From contig CAYXBU010000001.1 in the NCBI GenBank assembly GCA_964463245.1, positions 36,554 to 100,553 on the forward strand: DNA of 64,000 nt. Reading direction: 5' to 3'. Under the pieces are notes generated by a model that was not told where the DNA came from, ran no database searches, and worked only from the letters and a program-made list of their open reading frames with translations. Shown in pieces: positions 26,601 to 34,038 of the stretch. This DNA is from an uncultured Clostridium sp. (GTDB lineage: Bacteria; Bacillota; Clostridia; Oscillospirales; CAG-272). Within the stretch, counting starts at the first letter, position 1, and every line of letters starts with the position of its first letter. The position numbers and the translations under genes were made by a program.

Positions 26601-29570
26601 ATGACAAGCGTGAGCGAGGCGGCAGGGGTGCGGTATGCCGAGTCCGAGGGGGATCGGGAGTTGACCCGTCTGCAGGACAGCATTCGTGCGCGGAAGGGCA
26701 TCCTTGCCTGCGGGAGGGAGTACGCGGCCGCCGTGACGGCGGAGGGGCGAGTTCGCTTTGCGGGTACAAACAAGTGGGGGCAGGAGGCCGCCGCCGCTTG
26801 GCGGAATATGACAGCCGTCGTGGGCGGCGCGGAATGCATTCTGGGCGTGACGACCGACGGCTCGGTGCGCTTTGCCGGGCGGGATACGGCGGGTCTGCGG
26901 GCAGGGCTTGCGCACCTACGGCGGGTCTCCCTGCTGGCGGTATCCCCCACACACGCCGCCGCCCTGCTGATGGGTGGGCGCGTCCTGTGTGTCGGGGACG
27001 GAGCAGAGGCTTGCGCCGCCGTGTCGGAGTGGCGCGACATACGGGATATTTGTTGCGGACGGAATTTCACCTTGGGTCTGACCGCGGACGGCGAGGTGTT
27101 GGTGGCGGGCGGCGACTACGCCCTACGGGAGAAGATCGCCGCGTGGGGGCGAGTCGCGGGGCTTTTCTCGGACGACTGTGGAGAGCAGGTGTATGCCATC
27201 ACGGCCACCGGTGGCTTGGTCGGTACCGGTCGTATCCCCGGACGACTGCGCCGTGCGGGACACCTCGCCTTCGTGGCCGCCTCCCGCGCGGGTATTTGGG
27301 GCATCACCGCGACGGGACAGCTCTGTGGACGGCGCCGCATGACCGACGGAACGGCACTCTTGACGCTGGCGGCGGGGGGCGGACATCTCCTGTCACTGGA
27401 TCGGGATGGGTGTGTACACGAGCCGGAGCCGCGGCTCGGGGGTGCACATCGAGTCGACACGGGCTGGCGGGACATCGACACATGGGCACCGCTGTTTGAC
27501 GGCGAGGACGGATTGCTCATCGCGCGCAGGCAAGCCGCAGATGACTGCCTGGATCACGCACAGACCTACCTGGAACGGCTGACAAAGGCCACGCGCTATG
27601 CACGGCGGCTTGCTTGCGGTCCCCGCTTGACGGCTTGCATCGCCGCAGACGGGCGGGTATTGGCAACAGGTGGAGTCTCGCTCTCCGCGGGGGAGACACT
27701 TCCCATGGGCATGGGGGGCGGGCTACAGCTCTCCTGCGGCGGCTCTCACCTGCTGGCACTCTGTCGAGACGGGCGCGTGGTCGCCGCCGGGAATGATATG
27801 GACGGTTGCTGTCGCGTTTCAGATTGGACAAACATCGCCTCGGTGCAGGCCGGTGACCGCTACTCGCTGGGGCTCTGTGAGAATGGGCAAGTTCGCTACG
27901 CGGGTGCGCCGCATTCTCCGCTCGCCGAGGTGGCCTCTTGGGAGCATATCCGACTCCTGCGCGGGAGCGAGGGCTGTGTGATCGGTGTGACCGCGAGTGG
28001 CGAGGTGAAGTGTGCGGGTCAGCACCCGGCTCTCCAAGGGTGTGAGTCGCCAGCTGACGGTTGGGGCGATCTTTGCGACCTGGTGGTCTCGCGCCATATT
28101 TTGGCGGGTCTGCGGCGGGATGGCCGCGTGATCGCGTTTAGTGACTTGGAGGATATGACCGAGGCGGTCTCAGGCTGGTGCGGGATCCGCGCCCTCGCGG
28201 TCGGGGATGGGCATCTGGTGGGTCTGTGTGTCGGCGGGGATGTGGTCAGCGTTGGTCGAAATGAGTGTGGTCAGTGCGAGGTGGATGATTGGCGGGACGT
28301 GGTATCGGTCGCGTGTTGTGCCGATTGTACGGTCGGTCTGCTGGCAGACGGGACGGTCAGAGCGGCAGGACAGCTGTATGTCGGAGCTGATGGTATACAT
28401 AGGGACGGGCGGATGCCCTGCCGAACCGAAGGCTGGACACACATCTTGGCGGTGGCGTGCGGGCAACATCATGTGGTCGCCATGACCGAGGGGGGGCAAC
28501 TGCTCTCCTGCGGGCTGGATGCCGATGGGCAATGCCGCGGGGTCTCGGTGGTCACCCTGTTTCAGAAACTGTGCCAATACGACGGCGTGTCTATATTCAG
28601 TCGGGATAACGAGTCGGAGGAGCCTAAGTCGGCACCCCCCATTTCCCCTGAACATGATGACGCGGGAGATGACGGACAGGCAACGGCCACCCGTCCGATC
28701 TACACCTGTGGCGGGCAGGGAACTGCCGAGTCCGCCCGTGTGATCAGACGCACCGTGGGGTGCGGTGTTGCCCATGCTGTCACGCTTTCCCCGTCGGGGA
28801 CGGTTCACGCCGTCGGCAACAACGAGGAGGGACAATGCAATACGGCCGCATGGCAGGACTGCACGGCGGTGGCCTGCGGCTCGTACCATACGGCGGGGGT
28901 GTGCGGCGGTCTTGCTGTCGCCACCGGGCGGAACACGGCGGGGCAGTGCCACGCGGCCGGGCTGAATGCCTTGCTGGCGGTTCCCGCTGAGGGACAGCCC
29001 CGCATCGGTGCGGCGGCTTTTGCAGCGGTCGCCTGCGGGCATGAGCATACCGCCGCCCTTCGCGGGGATGGACGGGTCTTCTCAATCGGGTGCCGTGAGG
29101 ACGGTCGATGCGATACCGAAGCGTGGCATGATGTGATCGACCTGGCGTGCGGCGTGAAGCATACCGTCGCGGTCTTGTCGGACGGCCACTGCGTGGCGGT
29201 CGGAGATGACAGCCACGGGCAATGCCGCGTGCAGGACTGGGAGAATGTCGTGATGGTGGCCTGCGGCGAGTTCCACACGGTGGGTCTGACGGCAGACGGT
29301 CGCCTTCTGGCGGCAGGGGATGCCGAGAACGAGGGCTGTCGGGTGGACGACCTGCGGGATGTCCTGTCGGTCGCGTGTCTGTCGGATGCGACGGTCTGTG
29401 TCCATGACGATGGCCGCGTGACCGTGCGCGGGAGCGACCGCACGGCTCGGGAGGTGTCCTCCATACGGGATGCCGTCGCGACGGACGGATGCGAGTTTCG
29501 GTTGGCGGTGCTGTGCGCGGATGGGGGCGTTGTGCTCCTGCCGAGCCTGTCGGGCACGGATGCGGAATAA
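26601..29570 (+). CDS. RCC1-like repeat protein (989 aa, about 20 or more blades, Cys-rich, no signal peptide)
   Basis: ORF 26502-29570. Start set at ATG 26601 behind the RBS. Reiterated ~38-aa units such as GDDSHGQCRVQDWENVVMVACGEFHTVGLTADGRLLAAG and GNNEEGQCNTAAWQDCTAVACGSYHTAGV match the RCC1_2-type repeat pattern. Confidence 0.8.
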   Translation: MTSVSEAAGVRYAESEGDRELTRLQDSIRARKGILACGREYAAAVTAEGRVRFAGTNKWGQEAAAAWRNMTAVVGGAECILGVTTDGSVRFAGRDTAGLRAGLAHLRRVSLLAVSPTHAAALLMGGRVLCVGDGAEACAAVSEWRDIRDICCGRNFTLGLTADGEVLVAGGDYALREKIAAWGRVAGLFSDDCGEQVYAITATGGLVGTGRIPGRLRRAGHLAFVAASRAGIWGITATGQLCGRRRMTDGTALLTLAAGGGHLLSLDRDGCVHEPEPRLGGAHRVDTGWRDIDTWAPLFDGEDGLLIARRQAADDCLDHAQTYLERLTKATRYARRLACGPRLTACIAADGRVLATGGVSLSAGETLPMGMGGGLQLSCGGSHLLALCRDGRVVAAGNDMDGCCRVSDWTNIASVQAGDRYSLGLCENGQVRYAGAPHSPLAEVASWEHIRLLRGSEGCVIGVTASGEVKCAGQHPALQGCESPADGWGDLCDLVVSRHILAGLRRDGRVIAFSDLEDMTEAVSGWCGIRALAVGDGHLVGLCVGGDVVSVGRNECGQCEVDDWRDVVSVACCADCTVGLLADGTVRAAGQLYVGADGIHRDGRMPCRTEGWTHILAVACGQHHVVAMTEGGQLLSCGLDADGQCRGVSVVTLFQKLCQYDGVSIFSRDNESEEPKSAPPISPEHDDAGDDGQATATRPIYTCGGQGTAESARVIRRTVGCGVAHAVTLSPSGTVHAVGNNEEGQCNTAAWQDCTAVACGSYHTAGVCGGLAVATGRNTAGQCHAAGLNALLAVPAEGQPRIGAAAFAAVACGHEHTAALRGDGRVFSIGCREDGRCDTEAWHDVIDLACGVKHTVAVLSDGHCVAVGDDSHGQCRVQDWENVVMVACGEFHTVGLTADGRLLAAGDAENEGCRVDDLRDVLSVACLSDATVCVHDDGRVTVRGSDRTAREVSSIRDAVATDGCEFRLAVLCADGGVVLLPSLSGTDAE

Positions 29571-29592
29571 GGAAGGTCGCACAAATGCAAAG

Positions 29593-29637
29593 GCGGGTCG
29601 CACTCCCGAGAGTGGGAGTGCGACCCGCTATCTTTTT
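29593..29637. terminator. bidirectional intrinsic terminator between the RCC1-like and CHAP genes
   Basis: GCGGGTCGCACTCCC, loop GAGAGT, GGGAGTGCGACCCGC: a perfect 15-bp stem. TATCTTTTT follows on the plus side and CTTTGCATTTG on the minus side. Confidence 0.85.
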
Positions 29638-29669
29638 AGGCGGGAAAGACCCGCATTTGGCTTGGTCGA

Positions 29670-31175
29670 TCAGGCGCGCTTTCTGCGAAGCACCCGGCAG
29701 AGCATCACGAGGAGAGACCCCAGAGCCGCTGCGAGTACTGCCGACAGACCGACGGAGGAGAAGCAACCCATTGATCCGACATCAGACACATCCGATGTTG
29801 CCTCGGTGGCGGGGGAAGTCTCGGCATCCGTTGCGGCAGCCGTGGTCTGCGGCTCGGATTCGGTCTCGGTCTCAGGCTTGGTGATGGCGGTGTAGACGGC
29901 CTTGACGGTCAGATCCGCCGTTCCCAGCCTGTAGGTCTCCCACACGCCGGTGTAGCCCGCCTTCTCAGGCACGGCGGGCGGGGTGATATCTCGCTCCTCG
30001 ACCGTGAAGGGAAGCTCGGCCACGACATTCCCGTCTGCCACGAAGGTGACGGTATAGGGAACGATGGTGTATGCCGCCTTGAAGGTCAGGGTCATTCCGC
30101 TCATGACGGGATCCTGCCAGACCCCCGCGTAGCCTGCCTTGTCGGGCACGGCGGGCATGGCCTGCGACAGCACACCGTGCTTGCAGGGGATGGTGGTGGT
30201 CTTTCCGTCGGCTGTGAACTCGGCACTCTGCGCCGGGGTGAGCAGCTGAAGGGTGGAGGCGCGCACATAGCCCACCTTGTCATCGACCGCCACGCGGGCG
30301 TATTCGCCCTCATTGCCTAAGTAGGTCACTGTTGTGCCGACGGACAGGACATCCAGCCGCTTGCCACCGCCCGCGGCGGAGGTCAACTTGATCTGACTTG
30401 CGTTGAGGATGTACTGCCCGTAGGGCATCCCATCGGCGCAGGAGAAGTCAATGGTCTCCTCGCCGCCGTCGGGGTAGGCGGGGGTGCCGAAGCCGATGAC
30501 GCAGGGGTCATACAGGTCGTAGGAGCGGATGCCGACCTCGTTGTTGCTGTTGCCCTCGATGGTATAAATGGTGGTGTCGGTGACATACAGGACATAGCCG
30601 ATGTGCCCGGAGGTGGTGTTGGTGTTCTTCCAGTTGAAGAAGATCATGTCGGCGGGCTGAGGCAGGTATGTACCGGCATAGGCGAAGGAGTCTTGGAACA
30701 TATCGTTGTCCTTGAGCCACTCGACCCACTTCCAACAGCCGATCTCACCGTAGGCGTAGTCCACCCGTGCTTGATTCAGACACCAGTTGACGAAGCAGGC
30801 GCACCACTCATAGGCATTGTCATTGTAGTTGGGAACCAGGAGGCGGGCATACTCGATGTAGTTGCTTGACCCGGAGGTGTTCTTGCCGTCAAAGTCGGCG
30901 GTGCTGTCCCCCTCGTGGTAGCCGAGCTGAGACAGAGCTATGCGGAGGATGTTGTTCCGCGTGTTGGCGGTCAGCTCCAGCGCGTCAAAATTTTCGTACC
31001 ACACCGAGGTCATGTAGGCCTCGGAGAAGGAGTAGCTCGGGTCATTGGTCAGCCAGTCTCGCACCTTGACGCTGTTTCCGTGCGGCTCCAGAGCAGTAAT
31101 GGGGAGCAGGGTGGCCGAAACCAGCAGGATAGAGGACAGGCCGATCGCCGCGATGCGAGAAAATATGTTTTTCAT
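29670..31175 (-). CDS. secreted CHAP-domain cell-wall hydrolase with SH3-like domain, Listeria-Bacteroides repeats and a C-terminal membrane anchor
   Basis: 501 aa. Signal peptide MKNIFSRIAAIGLSSILLVSATLL. CHAP-like core (YEWCACFVNWCL ... SGHIGYVLYV ... TIEGNSN). SH3-like segment (GTTVTYLGNEGEYARVAVDDKVGYVRASTL). Two Flg_new-type repeats. T/E-rich linker, hydrophobic tail and RVLRRKRA. Confidence 0.8.
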   Translation of the reverse strand: MKNIFSRIAAIGLSSILLVSATLLPITALEPHGNSVKVRDWLTNDPSYSFSEAYMTSVWYENFDALELTANTRNNILRIALSQLGYHEGDSTADFDGKNTSGSSNYIEYARLLVPNYNDNAYEWCACFVNWCLNQARVDYAYGEIGCWKWVEWLKDNDMFQDSFAYAGTYLPQPADMIFFNWKNTNTTSGHIGYVLYVTDTTIYTIEGNSNNEVGIRSYDLYDPCVIGFGTPAYPDGGEETIDFSCADGMPYGQYILNASQIKLTSAAGGGKRLDVLSVGTTVTYLGNEGEYARVAVDDKVGYVRASTLQLLTPAQSAEFTADGKTTTIPCKHGVLSQAMPAVPDKAGYAGVWQDPVMSGMTLTFKAAYTIVPYTVTFVADGNVVAELPFTVEERDITPPAVPEKAGYTGVWETYRLGTADLTVKAVYTAITKPETETESEPQTTAAATDAETSPATEATSDVSDVGSMGCFSSVGLSAVLAAALGSLLVMLCRVLRRKRA

Positions 31176-31214
31176 GGGGATGGAAGCACTTCCTTTCGTT
31201 GCTTGCTATGGGGC

Positions 31215-31243
31215 ATTATACCATAAAACAGGCAAAATGTAAA
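31215..31243 (-). promoter_or_regulatory. sigma-A type promoter of the CHAP gene
   Basis: On the minus strand: TTTACA, 17 nt, TGgTATAAT (extended -10). Confidence 0.6.
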
Positions 31244-31335
31244 GGGAATCCGGAAAAAAACAGGGATGGAAATCCTTGGATGAGTCATCGCGCCGCATTC
31301 GACTTTGTGAACTTTAATTTTTTATCGAAAAGGGG

Positions 31336-31364
31336 TTGACAAACGCTCCGAATTGTGATATAAT
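31336..31364 (+). promoter_or_regulatory. sigma-A type promoter of tRNA-Arg
   Basis: TTGACA 31336-31341, 17 nt, TGaTATAAT ending at 31364. The tRNA starts about 33 nt downstream. Confidence 0.7.
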
Positions 31365-31396
31365 ACCATCTGTTCGGTTGAGAGATCATCCGACAC

Positions 31397-31473
31397 GCGG
31401 CGTTAGCTCAGCTGGATAGAGTGCCTGGCTACGAACCAGTAGGTCGGGGGTTCGAGTCCCTTACGCCGCGCCA
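31397..31473 (+). tRNA. tRNA-Arg (anticodon ACG)
   Basis: Acceptor GCGGCGT/ACGCCGC. D arm GCTCAGCTGGATAGAGT. Anticodon loop CTACGAA. T loop TTCGAGT. Encoded CCA. A few G-U and mismatched stem pairs. Confidence 0.85.
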
Positions 31474-31477
31474 AAAA

Positions 31478-31505
31478 ATCCAAGTCGAAAGACTTGGATT
31501 TTTTC
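31478..31505 (+). terminator. intrinsic terminator after tRNA-Arg
   Basis: ATCCAAGTC, loop GAAA, GACTTGGAT, followed by TTTTTT. Confidence 0.85.
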
Positions 31506-31511
31506 GTTTGT

Positions 31512-31563
31512 GCCGCAAGGCGCAACTTCATTTGCGCTTTGCGCAAATGAAGTTGCCTTCGGC
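31512..31563. repeat. long near-perfect palindromic hairpin
   Basis: GCAACTTCATTTGCGC (31522-31537), loop TTT, GCGCAAATGAAGTTGC (31541-31556): a perfect 16-bp stem extended by imperfect GCCGCAAGG/CTTCGGC flanks. Confidence 0.8.
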
Positions 31564-31602
31564 AAAAAAGCACCGCGTGCGCCCTCCGGCGTCCGCGGTG
31601 CT
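31563..31602 (-). terminator. intrinsic terminator of the lysine-riboswitch ABC operon
   Basis: On the minus strand: AGCACCGCG ... CGCGGTGCT followed by TTTTTT, 40 nt after the permease stop. Confidence 0.8.
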
Positions 31603-31644
31603 CTCTTTGTTGTGACTCATAGATCGAGACAACCGGCTCGATCT

Positions 31645-32388
31645 TTAATCCGGCAGATCGATCTGGGACTGGAAATCCGTCTGCGAGCCGCAGATGGTCT
31701 GCCTGCGGGAACCGTCCATTTTCTTCTCGGCCAGCCGCAGAAGGCGGGTGATGGTAAAGGTGAGGATGAAGTAGATGACCGCGCAGACACAGTAGGACGG
31801 GACGAACTGCGCGTAGGCACCGCCCGCCTGCTTGGCGGAGAACATCAGCTCGGTGATGGAGATCACGCTGAGCACCGAGCTGTCCTTGATGTTGACCACG
31901 AACTCGTTGCCGATGGAGGGCATGATGTTGCGGATGGCCTGCGGGAGGACAACGAACAGCATGGTCATGGCGTAGGATAGCCCCAGAGAGCGTGCGCCCT
32001 CGGTCTGACCCTTGTCTATCGAGCCGATACCGCCGCGCACGATCTCGGCCATGTACGCGCCGGTATTGACCGAAATGATGATGATAGCCGAAATTAAGGA
32101 CGGCATACCGATCTTGACGAACCAGCTGTAATGTACGATCAGAGCCTGCACCAGCATGGGGGTTCCGCGAATGACCTCCACATAGACCGTCAGCAGGAGA
32201 CCGACTGGGCGCAGGAGCCACGCGTTCTTGCGTGTGATCGGCACGGCGCGGATGGACGCGACTAATAGCCCGATCAGGAGTCCCGCCACCGTGCCGATGA
32301 TCGACAAGAGGAGAGTGCTTCCGGTTCCCTGGAGAAAGCTCAACCAGTATTCCGAGACGATCCGCTCGACCCAATCAAAGAATGACAT
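31645..32388 (-). CDS. polar amino acid ABC transporter permease (HisM/GlnP family)
   Basis: 247 aa. [66 protein letters not shown]. Confidence 0.9.
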   Translation of the reverse strand: MSFFDWVERIVSEYWLSFLQGTGSTLLLSIIGTVAGLLIGLLVASIRAVPITRKNAWLLRPVGLLLTVYVEVIRGTPMLVQALIVHYSWFVKIGMPSLISAIIIISVNTGAYMAEIVRGGIGSIDKGQTEGARSLGLSYAMTMLFVVLPQAIRNIMPSIGNEFVVNIKDSSVLSVISITELMFSAKQAGGAYAQFVPSYCVCAVIYFILTFTITRLLRLAEKKMDGSRRQTICGSQTDFQSQIDLPD

Positions 32389-32405
32389 TCTGTTTCAGTT
32401 TCTCC

Positions 32406-33278
32406 TTAGTCTGCGGAGGAGGGCTGGCGTCCGATGGCCTCTACCATCGTCTGCTCGCGCTCCGCTTGGGATATGGTGGCCAGGATGCGGTTCAGCTCGG
32501 CCGTCAGGCTGCTGTTCTTACGAACGCCGATCGCAATGGAGGACTCGGCGGGGTCGCAGGTAAAGCCATTGCCCTCGGTGAACTCGATGTAGGTGAAGTC
32601 GGAATGAGAGGCGACAGCCGAAATAGCACCCGGCTTCTCGCAAACATACCCGTCGATCGCACCGCTGTCCAGAGACTGGATCAGGGCTGCAAAGTCGTCC
32701 ATCTCGGGACGCTTGTTGACACCGTCGATCTGGTCGATGACCTCATAGTGGAAGGTGCTGATCTGTGCCGTGATCTTGGCCCCCTTAAAGTCGGAGATCT
32801 TGGTCGCGCTTGCGTAGTCGGAATCCTTGCGAACCACCATGACCAGCTCACTGTCGAGATATGTGTCGGTGAAATCAATGGTCAGCTTGCGCTTCTCGGT
32901 GGGGCTCATGCCTGCGATGATGAGGTCGATCTCCCCGGATGCGCAGGCCTCGGTCAGGCCGCTGAAGTCCATGGGCTTGATCTCCAGCTCAACGCCCAGT
33001 GCCTCGGCGATCTTCTTGGCGATCTGGACATCGTAGCCGTCCGCGTAGGTGCCGTTCGCCAGCTTGACCGAGGCGAACTCGTTGGAGGTGGCCTGTGCCC
33101 AGTTGTAGGGGGCGTAGGCGCATTCCATGCCCACGACCAGCTTGCCCTCGGACTTGACATTCTCTAAATCTTTGGACGCGTCGATCTTTTCCCCGCAGGA
33201 GGCAAAGCAGAGCAGGGTGCCCAGCGTCAAAAGCAGGGCGAGCAGGACAGACAGGGTGTTTCTTAGTGTGGTTCTCAT
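32406..33278 (-). CDS. polar amino acid ABC transporter substrate-binding lipoprotein (candidate lysine-binding)
   Basis: ORF 32406-33464. Start set at ATG 33278 (GGAAGGAA RBS). MRTTLRNTLSVLLALLLTLGTLLCFASC-GE lipoprotein signal. Family-3 SBP body. A lysine riboswitch lies immediately upstream. Confidence 0.85.
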   Translation of the reverse strand: MRTTLRNTLSVLLALLLTLGTLLCFASCGEKIDASKDLENVKSEGKLVVGMECAYAPYNWAQATSNEFASVKLANGTYADGYDVQIAKKIAEALGVELEIKPMDFSGLTEACASGEIDLIIAGMSPTEKRKLTIDFTDTYLDSELVMVVRKDSDYASATKISDFKGAKITAQISTFHYEVIDQIDGVNKRPEMDDFAALIQSLDSGAIDGYVCEKPGAISAVASHSDFTYIEFTEGNGFTCDPAESSIAIGVRKNSSLTAELNRILATISQAEREQTMVEAIGRQPSSAD

Positions 33279-33312
33279 GATGGTTCCTTCCATTTCCGTA
33301 TGTATTTGATCC

Positions 33313-33555
33313 AAAAAGAAAAGCCGCAGGGACGGTATACCATCACTGCGACACACACGGAAAGCGGGTGCTTGGCGTGATAGCTCTCCATCTTCCATCG
33401 TATATGGGAAGATGACAGTACGGCAGATGTTCTCTGCAATACCGGTATATACGGCAGGATCCACACCGTATACCCTCGGCGATCATCCCTTTCGCACGGG
33501 AGTGGTTCCTCCTCTGTTCGTGCTACTTTTGATGGCCGCGCCTCTACCTTCTACG
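33313..33555 (-). promoter_or_regulatory. lysine riboswitch (L-box / LYS element) with terminator expression platform
   Basis: The minus strand reads GAAGGTAGAGGCGCGGCCATCAAAAGTAGCAC...GTGCGAAAGGGATGATCGCCGAGGG...CTGCCGTACTGTCATCTTCC. This parallels the B. subtilis lysC leader blocks AGAGGTGCG, AAGAGTA, GAAAGGGGAGCGTCGCCGAAG and CTGTCA. Next, CATCTTCC/GGAAGATG offers an alternative pairing. The terminator is GTCGCAGTGATGG, loop TATA, CCGTCCCTGCGGC, then TTTTCTTTTT (33313-33352). Confidence 0.8.
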
Positions 33556-33580
33556 ATCCCTCATTGGAATCATGGATGGT

Positions 33581-33609
33581 ATTATAGCACAACAGCCCCT
33601 GCCTGTCAA
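33581..33609 (-). promoter_or_regulatory. sigma-A type promoter driving the lysine riboswitch operon
   Basis: On the minus strand: TTGACA, 17 nt (GGCAGGGGCTGTTGTGC), TATAAT. Confidence 0.75.
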
Positions 33610-33701
33610 GGGAAATCATGATTTATTTACAATTTTGTTAAATTTGCCATTTGGCTCCGTCGATGCGTCGTTGCCAAAATGTTCGGGGTGCAAAAAAAGA
33701 C

Positions 33702-33730
33702 TTGACAGAAGTCCGGGGCTGTGCTATAAT
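33702..33730 (+). promoter_or_regulatory. sigma-A type promoter of tRNA-Ser
   Basis: TTGACA 33702-33707, 17 nt (GAAGTCCGGGGCTGTGC), TATAAT 33725-33730. The tRNA starts 12 nt downstream. Confidence 0.75.
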
Positions 33731-33741
33731 GTAGGGCGTAT

Positions 33742-33830
33742 GGAGGGTTATCGAAGTGGTCATAACGAGGCGGTCTTGAAAACCGTTTGAGAGCAATCTC
33801 GCGTGGGTTCGAATCCCACACCCTCCGCCA
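33742..33830 (+). tRNA. tRNA-Ser (anticodon UGA)
   Basis: Acceptor GGAGGGT/ACCCTCC. Anticodon loop CTTGAAA. Long variable arm TTGAGAGCAATCTCGC. T arm GTGGGTTCGAATCCCAC. Encoded CCA. Confidence 0.92.
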
Positions 33831-33852
33831 AACAGCGGCGACAGACCGCGAA

Positions 33853-33886
33853 AAGCCGCAAGGGAAGACCTTGCGGCTTTCTTCTT
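33853..33886 (+). terminator. intrinsic terminator after tRNA-Ser
   Basis: AAGCCGCAAGG, loop GAAGA, CCTTGCGGCTT: a perfect 11-bp stem followed by TCTTCTT. Confidence 0.8.
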
Positions 33887-33984
33887 CCAATGGTATTTTG
33901 GGAGGTTATTTGAGAAAGTGAAAATTGAAGCTACTTATATTCGAGACGAAATAATTGCTAAAGAATACTTCCCTTACCATAAGA

Positions 33985-34011
33985 CCCGCCCCCACGATCC
34001 GTGGGGGCGGG
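33985..34011. terminator. GC-rich hairpin downstream of ftsH (terminator, possibly bidirectional)
   Basis: CCCGCCCCCAC, loop GATCC, GTGGGGGCGGG: a perfect 11-bp stem. ATTTTGTG follows on the plus side. It lies 28 nt beyond the ftsH stop on the minus side. Confidence 0.65.
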
Positions 34012-34038
34012 CATTTTGTGTCTATCGAGGGCAAGGGG

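Noticed and set aside
25997-29766. R/P/A-rich ORFs antisense to, or out of frame with, the M20 and RCC1-like genes (for example 25997-27070, 28780-29766 and 28805-29590).
   Set aside because: The extreme Arg/Pro/Ala composition is typical of off-frame translation of GC-rich coding DNA. They have no start context. The plus-strand frame shows a regular RCC1-type repeat.
31403-32374. A 323-aa minus-strand ORF overlapping the permease gene in another frame.
   Set aside because: It is an R/G/H-rich off-frame product. The 31645-32388 frame carries the canonical permease motifs.
33279-33574. A T-box leader upstream of the binding-protein gene. I considered this first because of the AGTA and GTGCGAA elements and TGGTATACCG near the terminator.
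   Set aside because: The T-box sequence (GGGTGGTACCGCG) is not matched well. The block order AGAGGCGC, AAAGTAG, GAAAGGG-ATCGCCGAGG, CTGTCA fits the lysine riboswitch instead.
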